Below, piece after piece: positions 39,644 to 51,379 of a DNA stretch of 64,000 nucleotides. The DNA comes from Iphione sp. A-MEVVRFRX5 (Eukaryota). Location of the stretch: contig OZ320318.1 of assembly GCA_976226885.1 (NCBI GenBank), positions 20,646,001 to 20,710,000 on the forward strand, read 5' to 3'. The notes under the pieces were generated by a model. The model ran no database searches. It saw only the letters and a list, made by a program, of their open reading frames with translations, and had not been told where the DNA came from. Positions within the stretch are counted from its first letter, which is position 1; every line of letters begins with the position of its first letter. Both the position numbers and the translations under genes were made by a program.

Positions 39644-42600
39644 TCATTTAACAGACATGATGTACAGCAGGGTCTGTCTTATAGTGCATATATGTAGAGT
39701 GGACCTCTTAGGAAAATATTTCACCGTCAATCAAACTTGCCTACATAAATTTTATCAACCCGTTCTACAGAAGAGCCAAGACACCAACATTCGGAGAAGA
39801 ATTGGTGCCACTGTTCAAGTTGACAGTCCATTAATGTTCTCTCGCCTTCGGTTTAAGTAGTTGCAATTTCTCCTGTCGTCCATCACCGCAGAAGGAGTCC
39901 AGGAGACGAATGTTGAATTCCATTCCGTTCGACGTTCGCTGCTCTGCGCCATGACCGAAATGAAGATGACGGGCGCATCTCAGCTCACGTCGTCGTAAAT
40001 ACCAACCTTTGGTCCGTCTTTTAATAAAACAAAGGAGGAAAAATCGAAAACAGGCCAATCTCAAAACAGACCAATCAGATGGAAGCAGCCAGAGACCTAA
40101 ATCATGACAAGCAATTCGATACTTTTACCTGCTTGCTTCATATATCACGGTTTACGTTCGATGCCCAATTAGTATATCTCTGAAGTCAATCGTTCATTCT
40201 AACTCTCACCTTACAGTGTCGACTGATGGGATTGATTTATACATGCTATAGTGACCGGAAGGCGAGATATTATGTTCAGAGGTTTCTGTAGGTGTATATA
40301 ATGGCATCTCTGTGTGTACCCGTTAACGACCTTTCCATATCGCCTTTCTGACGCAAACGATTGGACACTTACGGACGTTCGTCAATTCATTGCTATGCGT
40401 ACACATGGAAAAGACGCGTCTAATATTCAATTCTTCAATTCTATTTAGATTACCAGTCATTAAACTAAACAAAAGGAAAATGACTGCTGTACTGTAAGCA
40501 GGCAGATGACAAAGTATATGGTGACCTCACGTATAAGTCATAAGGTCTTCAACATGATGACTAACACCATACACCCAATTGTTACTTACACTTGAAAGTC
40601 GTAATCATTTTCCCATCGTCGTATGCCTTGAGCCCAACATCTTATGAACGCCCTGAACTGCCTCGTGGAGCCTAGCTGCCGAAACATTCCCATGACTTAT
40701 ACATAATAAAGCGATTTCGTGCCATGGGGTAAAAAAATCAACATATTTGATCAGTATTGGTTATTTGATAGTCACTAAAGGCGCTTGTAATATATGTTGT
40801 AACATGTTTGTGGTCATATGTGTATTACCTGAACGAAAAGCAGTGTTTCTCCATCTGTAAACTGTCAGCCTTTGTGGATGTTATTCTCATCATTTGTTAT
40901 GTTTAATATACAATAAACAAAACTTCTGCCAGATAATGCAAGCAAAACACTTCATTACGAATGGAAGCTTTTAAATAATTTTTCTGGAAGAACGAATGCT
41001 TTAAGGATCATGTTCCTTGATATATGTTTTGTAATATTCTACATGTATATTGTTGATCTTTTCCATTTGTTCTGGTCAGTTTTCTTTTTATGGTCATATA
41101 TTTTCTCATTAAGGAACAATTATGTAATGAAAATGATCTACACAATACGTTTACTCTTGTGGAGTTTAAGGTACAATTTGTGATGTGTTGCTCACACAAA
41201 TTCTGGGAATTCAGTCTTAGCAACTCCGGTGCTATTTGATCTTGATGTCATTTATCCATAAGGCAGTGTGCCCATGTACGCGGGTTGAAAACCTGCCTCG
41301 GGCGGGTGGACTCCTGGAAGTACGTACCTGCCCGCCCAGGTACATGGGCTATATGCAAGAGGTGGCAGGGTCTGAGAGGTTTGAACCATCTCCAATCGGA
41401 TTGCACGCCACCAGGTCCAGGTCCAGGTAGCATGCATGAATGAGGCCACTTCTATTGAACTACCCTAGGCAGTCTTTCCATGTATATGTAGTTTCCGCTC
41501 ACATTTATGGAGCCAGGACTGCGTGATGATTGAATACACTGTATTTTCAATATACCCTACCCATGTGTGTTTATTTCAAGCACACAGATCCATGTGTGTA
41601 GTCAAAACCCAAGTTGATCCAGTCTCCCCCCCACATGGATCCATATCCATTGTGCATGAGGCAGTCATTTTAAATACCAATACCAGTTCTCAATAGCCCT
41701 ACTAAGGGTTGTTTCATATATTCTTTTAGCTACGGATACATGGATATGCTTTATGCACCACATTCAGTGTTGTGTGTCGACACCCCACTGACTGTCCTAA
41801 AAAATTATCGGATGCATGGAAAGACTGCCCTAGAGTGGTCCTCCCACTTGCCATGCGTCCAGGTCCAGGTCTGGGTAGCCCATGTACATGGGGATAGCCC
41901 CTAACAATGAAGTAGCTCATGTGTATTATCAGGCATGCTTTTGAGAAATGGATAGAGCAGTACAGAAGTTACAGCAATAAAAGATTTGCGAGGCACTATT
42001 AATAGAACCATAGAAGGAACGGTGAGTAATGATCCAGGCCACAATAAAAATAACCTGTACGAGCAGTGTACATTGATTGTGATGATTTATTCAGAATTCT
42101 AGTGTGTTAAACACATTCCTCGCTCAATGACAATGTTTTTAAACAGAGTCGATAGACGTGTTTATCAACTTTAACTAGAAGTGCTTTGAGAATCGACACG
42201 AGGCCCAAAGCTTTTTACCTCTACTACGGCATTTAGGCGGACGACCTCTTGAGGTATAACACACACCGTAATAAAAGGCGAGGGGTGTTGGCTTCCAGCG
42301 GCAGCCCGCGTGATGGCCTTTTTCCCAGGCTGTCACCTTGCTTTCCGCACTCTACTGAGGGAAAGGGTGGTAGACACTTTGCCACCCACTGAAATTGCTA
42401 TGGGGATCCCTTGACAAGAAGGCCGACAAAATGCCAACACATTCATCCACACCACTAGACTCAGCAATTAGGGAAGGACCCGACGCTGACAAGGAGCTCA
42501 CCCTGAGTATGTGCATCTGTCACTGAGAGTATTTTGGGCCTGTGGGTTTGGCTTTTTTTCCGTAGAATTATCTTACATTAGTCAATGATTGTCCCTTAAA

Positions 42601-44032
42601 ACTGAAATAGGCATAGACAAATTTGGTTTCGATTTGTACGGTAACTGGATAAAAATGTTAAAATCCATAATCTGTGCAATTACCTTTCACAGTCAGAGGT
42701 GCAATTTTTACATTATAATTATATGTGAGTAAGGTTATCATATGATACTAATGCATTGTTTTATCCTACAGATCTGTTCTACATAGATGACTCATGATGA
42801 CGCAATCTATGATTGATATACTCAAAAAAAATCCAATCATTGGCTGAATGGTTTAATATTGATTTAATAACTGGCCATGTGCTGGATATAAACATGTGTT
42901 CAAGATACATAAAACCTGCAACTGTTTAGTTAACGGAAGGAAATTAGGGCGAAATGGTCTACCTTACACTTAGTTCTTGACAGATACATATATGTAAATA
43001 ATAGTCACTTGCCTGCAGCACTATCCTAGTATCGAGTTACCATATCTTTCATTGCTTCAGGGCAGATCATAGGCCACTCCAGCACCTTATAGGTGTACAT
43101 CTCAGCATGGGCGGTATGTTCTCTACACCATGACAACGCCTCCAAGGCAGGGGTCAGCGGGTGACCCCTTTGGCAAGGAGAGAGGCCAGATTTGTTCAGA
43201 CTATCCTTAATGTTGTTGCCTTTTTTTGTAACCTTCATACTGCAGTCGAAAGAGAGAGTGAGTAGCCAAGAGAAAACAAATTGACCGACAAGACCAGTCC
43301 TATTACAAAAGTAATGGTGTGGTGTTGATCAAAGAGCCTGGCCAGAGACACGAACCTGTGAACTGTGTGACAATATCTATTAAAAGAAAACGTTATTTGT
43401 ACTCCTGTCGACCCACGGCAACACAGTGGCAAGAGTTAGGACAAAGGTGAATTGTTTTCACCTTCAATCCCATTTGTAACTTCGTTGACAGCGGAAAGTG
43501 TCCGTTGGTTAGACAAATCGGCACCCAGAATACATAGACGTTTAATTTGACATATCTACCCCTTGCACAAGTACGAATGGTCGCATTGTCTCCATGACCT
43601 TCCATATGAAGGTTGACAATGTATTACCACCAACACCACCACCAGCACATCATCGTCAAGGTGACTCTTCATCTTTGCCAGACCTTACTCTATGGTCTAT
43701 TCCCTTTAATTTGGAACGAAACTTGTTATTCCTATCCCGAGAGGAAAGTATGAACCTGTTCCACTCTCACTCTTGCCCTGACTGATTTAAAAGGCACTCC
43801 TTCATTAAATCCTTTCTCAAACTTCAACAGTGCTGAAGGACAGCAGTCTATGTTTGCCTTTGCTACTTTGACATTGTCCTAATCCTGTGTGACTTTTGTC
43901 CACGAAAAAGTCACTTCCTTACCTGCGAAACAATGCTGTAATGGAAATGTCAGTGGGTAAGAACTGAGGCGCATACAAATCATAGCTATTTTATTGCTTT
44001 CCTGAGCAATACATTTTCTCTTCTCTGTGCAG

Positions 44033-44126
44033 GTCTTCTCGTTATCAGACCCAACGAGGATGCTTATGACACTAATTATATCCGCATTACAGAGTGTCAG
44101 AAGGAATCTTCTTGCAAACTGTATTG
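44033..44126 (+). CDS. Candidate internal exon (94 nt), unknown product
   Basis: Strong acceptor ttttctcttctctgtgcag and donor TG|gtaaaa. The frame LLVIRPNEDAYDTNYIRITECQKESSCKLY is open and protein-like in composition but not recognised. Confidence 0.2.
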
Positions 44127-44406
44127 GTAAAAATAGAAGTACTTCGCGTAAATAAGTAGATTCCCCAAGGAATGAACGAATAACAGAGCTCTAAAACACC
44201 CAGTGTGGGAAAAATCAAAGAATGTGAATGTTAATCCTTAGTTTCCAGTCAGTATATATCAGATAGGGACACGTCTCTAATAGGAATACTTTTAGGGAGA
44301 GCAACTAGTCCTTTCTATATACGGTTGAATGCCTTTTCGGGACCACCCCTCCATTCCTGGCACAAAGTGTTGCATAAGAGAGTTTGGTTGGATATTGGTA
44401 GTTCAG

Positions 44407-44560
44407 CCAGACTTGCATGATTTTCCCTGTTTGGGGCCAGATTTGCATGGATTTTGCTAGTTGTTTTTGCCAGATTTCTTGAATTTTACTGTTTGTCAGT
44501 TGAATTTTATAAATGTTATTGTTTTCCAGCTGAATTTGCATGAATTTGCATTTCACCATT
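44407..44560. repeat. Degenerate 30-bp tandem repeat, about 5 copies
   Basis: Units of 30, 33, 30 and 30 bp with consensus near CCAGATTTGCATGAATTTT(N)CTGTTT(N). Confidence 0.7.
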
Positions 44561-45479
44561 TTCAACCAAATTAACGTGATTTTTGTGGTCTAATTTGCAG
44601 TCTAAACCCTCTAATTCATGGTTTAAACCTACCGATTCTGGTCACCCTCACACCTCTCGTCCCTCACTCTCACACCTCTGACACCTTCTGACGCCCTCTG
44701 AGGGGTTGCCCTGATGCCTCTTATTGCAAGTAGACATTAAAATCCAATAGAAACAACCCAAATGTGTGGTCACATGATGGTAATCAGTATGGCTGCAAAT
44801 TAGTATTTTGATATAAGGCCTAACAAAAGGGATTTATTTTTGTTCTGAGCTTATTCGGTCGCATTGATGGTTTTGGTCACAATTTGGTTATTTGGAGATA
44901 TGATCAGCCCTTAAAGAATGAGCACTCTTGAACGTTCCCCTTATCTAAACAGTTCGAAGTAAAACACAACTGCTTGAACACTAATCTTCCCCCTTTGTTA
45001 ATCAATTCTCTTCGAGCCGATTTTTCGTATGTCCATATAATATTTTCAGATAAAGGAGAGGCATTCAATTTCTTTTGAGATTCACAATCTAGACCTTTAA
45101 AAACGTGCTCATCGGGTTAAGTCCTTAGATAACTTTATCGAATATTGTCCCCGTAAGGAAACACATACGGGGGACTCGACTCATGCCCCGTGTTAAAAAC
45201 ACACTTCATTAAGGGCCGATGATAGATTAGACCTGAGATGGATAAACACGTTGTGGGGTTGGGTGGGCCATCATCGATAGATTGATGCATTACCAGCGGC
45301 ATTAGATCTAGATCTCTCGATAACGACTGGGGGGGAGGGCGGGGGTAACATGCAAGCTGAGAGTGGCCTGCCATAACTAGATGGATGGCCACGAAAGAGG
45401 ATGCAGACATGATCCGGTGTGGTTAATCTTGTAATCCACCGTGATCGGGACAAATCGCTCTCTCGTGCGCTGCCCATTT

Positions 45480-45630
45480 TCTGTTGCGGCCGCCGCCGCC
45501 TTCTCCGCGCTTGAAATGACTCTTCGTGGGCTCCGAAGCGGAGGGCGTATAGATTACGGCCCGCTAGACCTGGAGACTGGAGAAGCCGGGGAGGAGACCA
45601 CCGCCGCCGCCGCCGCCGCCGCCGTCAGAC
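45480..45630. promoter_or_regulatory. CpG-rich island with (GCC)4 and (CCG)8 tracts, promoter or 5'UTR-like
   Basis: High GC and CpG density, a NotI site at 45486, and (CCG)8 at 45601-45624. Orientation cannot be determined. Confidence 0.45.
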
Positions 45631-46741
45631 AATGAATTATCCAGAATTACCAGACAGCCTGATAAGGCCTTCACCAAGAGAGTGTATGCCATGTAGGATA
45701 AGGAAGCGCTGCCATTTTCTTTTTTCAGAATGTTCCAGAATGAGTTACGGATAATCGTACATGGCAATATCTGTCGACCGTAAAGATGGTGATTTTCCTA
45801 AGAATGAGTATATTTGGTTCTAGAATCATAAGCTAGAGTATAATTTGACGTAAGTTTCTTACGTTGCGGCTGTGTAAGGTTTATTCTGGGTAGGTCCTTT
45901 GGGTGTCATCAACTCCCACCCAACCCACCAGCCCACGCGACCAGTCAACAAATTTGAGAGAGTTTTGAGCGTCTCTCCCCTTTTTAATTCCTGTAAAAAG
46001 CATGTAGTTCCACCCAGACGTACAAGAGCCTCCCCCCACCATGGGCCCTGCTGTGAAGTGTGTTGTTTGTCGTTTGACGGTGCTTTCAGTGCATTACCCA
46101 GGACCATTTATTCATTGCTTTCAGCGGCTCGCACTGCTCGATAAGAGAATTACTCTCAATCGTTGGCGGAGTTCGTGATCACAATATATTACCCCTCACA
46201 GAATATTTAGTATGACACAAAGCATTGCACAATGGTATCCCAGCCTGACAAATGTAGTATATCATTAGAGTCTGGACGGCATTGATATGAACTTAATGTC
46301 TGGCCTTTGAGTAGACAAACGACAAGTTATGTATCACAAAGTAAATCAGTCATTGCCATAGTCGATTGTAGCCCCGATAATTGATTGGTGTTAACCGGGT
46401 GATACAGATAAATATATCAGGTTAATGCATAATCCAGATTTGTCTGTGAAATGGTTTTTCCGGGTTAATTGCATTTGCATGTTACGGAACGTGTGCAATT
46501 ATTTGTATACCCACAGGAGCTACAATGGGTTTTATAGCGGTCCTGTAAAGTCATGCCAAACCTAAAGCGTATAAGTGTTACACGTCCGACATTTTCCAAA
46601 TCTTTTACAAGTGGTAGGTAAGCAATACTAGTAATATTCACGTCAGTTTTATTCTCGTAATACACCCCCCCCCCTTAACGGTGAAGGGATACCACTCACC
46701 GAGAGACAGAACGAGTCATATTTGACTGGTTATCAAACTGA

Positions 46742-46755
46742 CCCCTAGGGGGCGT
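46742..46755 (+). promoter_or_regulatory. CTCF-like motif
   Basis: CCCCTAGGGGGCGT matches the CCASYAGRKGGCRS consensus at 12 of 14 positions. Confidence 0.3.
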
Positions 46756-48301
46756 CCTCCTATCACCAGATACGCTATAGAGAAGCTGCAGTCATCCCCC
46801 ACCTGGCCCCTTCCGCCAAACGTAATTGTTATTTTCGCGCGAGAGAAAACCTATTTTAGGCACGAAGCGCCCCAGGGAGTTCGCAATATTATACGCCACA
46901 GAAGAGACAGCGTCAGCTATTTTCACGTCGCCGTATGTCAACAGCTCCAGGCTGTGTACACTGTGATGCTTTCCTCCTAGATATCAGCAATAGCAAGTGG
47001 AGAGGCCCGGAACCTGCTTTTATTGAGATGACGTATACACAGAGGGGGGAGGGGTCCCAGCTTAAAGCCCCGTATGTGCCAGAGCCATGCTCGCCTAGTC
47101 CAGCATAACCATCCCCTCCAGGCTGCATGATACAGAACACAGGCTCAGCACAGTGTAACGAGAAGTGTCATTCAATAGAAAGAAACATCAATTTTCCTAG
47201 ATGGATTGTCAAGTGCTTCAGAAATACAACGTGAAGTCCTACTGGATTTAACTTTTTTTATCTAATGGAAACGAAAGTAATACTTGCCCTGTAAAGAGGT
47301 GGCTATTTCACCTTCCGTGGTAGCCTTAGGGTCTTTCAGGTGATTTACCAGAAAGACATTATTGTTCTGAATGTGTCGTTGGAGCGTCCATATTACAGTC
47401 TCTGTCAATTATTTAATGACAAAAACGTCAAACTGAGTTCACTAGTGACTTGCATAGATCACTATCTCTGCGCTTCCAAGAGGTTGCCCTCATAAGAAAA
47501 ATACCATTTGATCACTATAGGCCCTCAAAATTTAACTACGTGTTGTTCATTATAGAAAACCAATACCTGTTTGCCTGAGGGCTAACAATTCTATATACTG
47601 AGGGTGTCTTCATACAGTCGAAACTCGCTAAGTGGACAAGGTCCGTTTCATCGATTAGTGTAAGAATACCGAATAATCCGGTTAACGAGACAGAAAAACA
47701 TTAAATATACAATACATCCCTTCCTCAAGTTGAGTACAGTTGATGCGGTTTTCTGGTTGTTGAGTCTCTGGATGGCGAGGTTCGACTGCATAGCAATACT
47801 TAGAAATTTGAAACATTTTCTTAATCTAATTTCATTCAGGTTCAAAGGAATGCATTAGTCATATTTCTATACAAATAGGACATTAACTATCAGAGGAACC
47901 GTTCCTGTTTCCTAGTCCACCTGTGTAAATCAGATATGACATCATGTTTGTAGAACGGTGGCTTGGGAGGTCTGAGGGGAGGAACGTTATGGGTTGGTAT
48001 CAAGGTGTGGATAGCAAATTCGAGTATTGGTCAGTAAGTTAGAGTGTTGGGTTGTGCGTGAACGTGTTTGGGTGACTCGTTCATTTTCTCAAGACTGTCT
48101 CTCATATACCAACCCACATCGCCTGTCATCTATGACGCCTCTGATGACGCTAGTTGACGCAATAAATATTCATGGCGGGACAGGAATATTTTTGTCTTGC
48201 CTCCTCCTCCGCAGCCTTGGCAGCCTCTTCGTTATCTATCACCTCCAGGCCGGCTGCTAATGACCAGTAACTTACTTCCAGGGGGAGCCATTTTTGTTCG
48301 T

Positions 48302-48315
48302 GTTACCATAGCAGC
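48302..48315. promoter_or_regulatory. RFX X-box-like site
   Basis: GTTACCATAGCAGC is one mismatch from GTTRCCATRGYAAC and lies in a CpG-rich island. Confidence 0.35.
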
Positions 48316-51279
48316 ATGATCAATTGGTGTCGGTTTGCCTTTCGCCGAGCAGGAGATGCTTGGAATGCTCTAGAAGGAGCGTTCATTAGTGCGACGGTCT
48401 GGGGATGTCGCGGGCCACGAAGAAGGAAATAATCATACACATCCCTGATTCACGGGTCTGCAAATAATAGTCGAGCTATAGATTAATAATTTTGAAGGCT
48501 GTGGGTGTTTCCTTCTCGCCTTCCGCGCACCGTCGTCGGCGACGTTGCATTCATCTTCAGGCTCGCCTGTATTCGGGCGTGCAGTTTACATTTACATCGA
48601 CACCTCCTACGAAGCTTTGTTCTAAACCAAAGTCCTTCTCTACTACTACCGGTCTACCACGTTGGCCTGAAATCGTGATTATTTCGTAGGTTATGGTATG
48701 CCTCGCCTTGAGTAACGGACGTGCCATCTAAATATGAAAGGCAATGCATCGACGGCTTAGATAAAATTTGATTGATTTTCCAGCTTCACACGAAAAGCCT
48801 CGTTCTAGGGACTTCGCCCCACAACGTATATTATGTATGTTTCCACTTGTTTTCTATCATTCCTTTATGACAACCAAGAGAGTCGGGACACAGGCATACC
48901 TTTTTTTCTGTTACCAGGAGAAAACGGCAGGTGGTCACATGGCTTCAGAGTAACAAGTAAAACATTGCCAAATGGCAAAGGATGTCCCCGGAGGTTGGCA
49001 AGCGTTTCAAAAGGTTCTTTCAGTAAAAGACTCTTAATACTTCTGGGTGGTCATCTGTTAAGTGTTTGGCTTTTTCCCCTTAATCCCCCAACATAGAAAC
49101 AAAGCGCACTACTGGGATTTAAATCAGTCATGAAAGCATTCGACAGCAAAACCTATTTTGATACCCTTTTTAGGCGTCTGGCTGCTTCCCGGAAAACAAA
49201 GATAATTAGAATGGGGCAGAGGAAATACTGACTTGAAATAAGTAATCCTCGAATATCTTCACTTCCATCCAGGTAAAGGATTGTACTTTCGACCGTCCTA
49301 AGTTTTAGAAGGACACCACAGGTCTTGTATTCTTCGGCGGAATTCTTTGTTTTCTCGGAATTTTAACTGTTAGCAGAAATTGAGAAGGAAAGTCAACGTA
49401 AAGGATGCCGTTAGAGAAGTCATAAAATCTAATGCATTTTCTCTTTAGAAAATCAGCTATGATTCTTATCGAATTCTACCTGCATAGGCTGGATATTGAA
49501 ATAACTTACACGTGTTAACTTGAAAAGTAACGGACAGTATCAGCAGTTTTTGTTTTCTGTTACTTTCGTTGAAACAACGATAAAAAGAGACACATTTGAA
49601 CAATCGCTGTCTCCCGTTTAGCTTACTTCGACTGAGTTGATGGAAGGGCGATCGGCAGGAATTACTTAATGATACTTATTTAGCTGTCTCGCCAATACTT
49701 ATCCTCTTTTCCGTACCCGCTGCGCTTTCCCTCGGCTGCTGTTTGTGCCCATGTCCTTTATGGACGACTACCGTCCAACCATCACTCAGTCCTCTCCTCT
49801 GTAGTCAAACTTCCTTCCTATTTAGACGAATTATAGTGGGCCTTTGGAAAAGCTCCATGCTACAAACACAGCGATTTGTCATTGGGAGGTGCTTCCTACA
49901 AACAACAGCCACGTTTCCTTCTATCCCATGGCGCTAGCAATGACATCGCCACAAGCCAGACAATCTAAGGCTCCCGTGTATACGTAGGGACATACGGTGC
50001 GCATGTCAGCCAACGTAGGAATTTTGATTGCTTTTATTTGTGTACTGTTTTCTAGAATAGAATAGAAATGGAATTCCCTGGGATTTGGCATCAAAACATG
50101 ACGAGTTATTTTTTAATAGGCATCAAATTAAAATTGATGGTCTAGGTGTTATTACTCAGGAGTTATTGTTTGGACTCTTTTAGAGGCAGAAAGGATTGGC
50201 CAGACATAAAACGTTTACTTTAGTTTCTATAACCGAGGTCCGTAGGTTAATGAATGAAACTGTCTTTTTTATTTGATAAATACAAGTATAAAACTTGCTA
50301 TCTCTCACTGTTGTATAGCAAGTATAATATCCTAGGCAATGTTGGAAGGCAACAGGATTAATCAGTGCCTTACTTAATTGGTCCAATGAAACCTGCTTCC
50401 ACAGAGAGATGGTTTAATTATAGGTACACACGCCAATGTTTGCTATCAGCACAATTCCATGAGCACAGCTGAGTGCCAGGCTCAAGCATGAGCTGCTCTG
50501 CTTTCGACCCACTCACTCTATTCCCTCATGGGGTTTCCCTCACTCCAAACAGGCTCATCTCCCTTTTGGCCTGCACTCACACTATCTTGCTGATGGATAC
50601 GATGTGCTCTGCCGGGCAACCCTTCCTTTGTTTAATACTCCCTCAAGGCAAGGCAATACATTAACTGCTACGACAGGTGAAGGTCCACTCAATTTACAAC
50701 ATGTACGGAAAAGCACCGCAAGCGATCATTTTTGAAATATGAACCAAACTTGTGCATATTTCGTGTCAAGTGTAAAACATGTTTGAAGTTTTGTACTTCC
50801 CACGGGATGTTTTGGCAGTTTTGCCTGTATTCCATAAAGCTGATTCTGATGGAATAGCCTTCAATATCATGTTCCGACGTTCATGCAGTCATTACACAGT
50901 GACTGAATTAGAAATATCTCTCGAGCCGTTTTTCCTTATGCCTTTGTCTACGTAAACATGTCCACGTACTGGTTGACTCTGTTCATTTACAAATTGAACT
51001 TCCGTAACTGTTGAATAAAAGTGAGGACGCCACAACAACAGTTTGTGTTTAAAATGAATGCTTCCAATTATAATTATGATAGAAAGTGTTTATATCAACC
51101 TGATAGGAAACCCCATGCATGCAAATAACCTACAGATACAGACATGCGCATATCCATTTCTTTATCACTCTGGTATAAGGATTTTTAACATTACCTGTGA
51201 AAATGCCCACTTTCGTCAAACTACTTACATCCGCAAGCTGATAAGCTCCACATTAGCGTTGCACTTGGCTTCCAGATAG

Positions 51280-51379
51280 TGATGACCTCACAACTGCCCT
51301 TATCGCCTGAAATTTGCTGTTCGATTCTTTTTTCCTGTACATTGCTCAAATGTTTCTATTGTCTTCTTTTCAGGTAAGT
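51280..51379 (+). other. Strong 3' splice site fused to a perfect 5' splice site (CAG|GTAAGT)
   Basis: No AG dinucleotide from 51280 to 51371, and 18 of the 21 bases before the AG are pyrimidines. GTAAGT follows at 51374-51379. Confidence 0.45.

Noticed and set aside
44033-44155. Frame MLMTLIISALQSVRRNL resembling PDE4 UCR (FAQVLASLRTVRNNF)
   Set aside because: The similarity is superficial, the flanking conserved residues are missing, and the frame ends in a stop. No gene symbol assigned.
44818-44860. GGCCTAACAAAAGG...TTGTTCTG after TAA, similar to the 56336 MITE TIR
   Set aside because: No matching opposite TIR was found, so at most a solo end.
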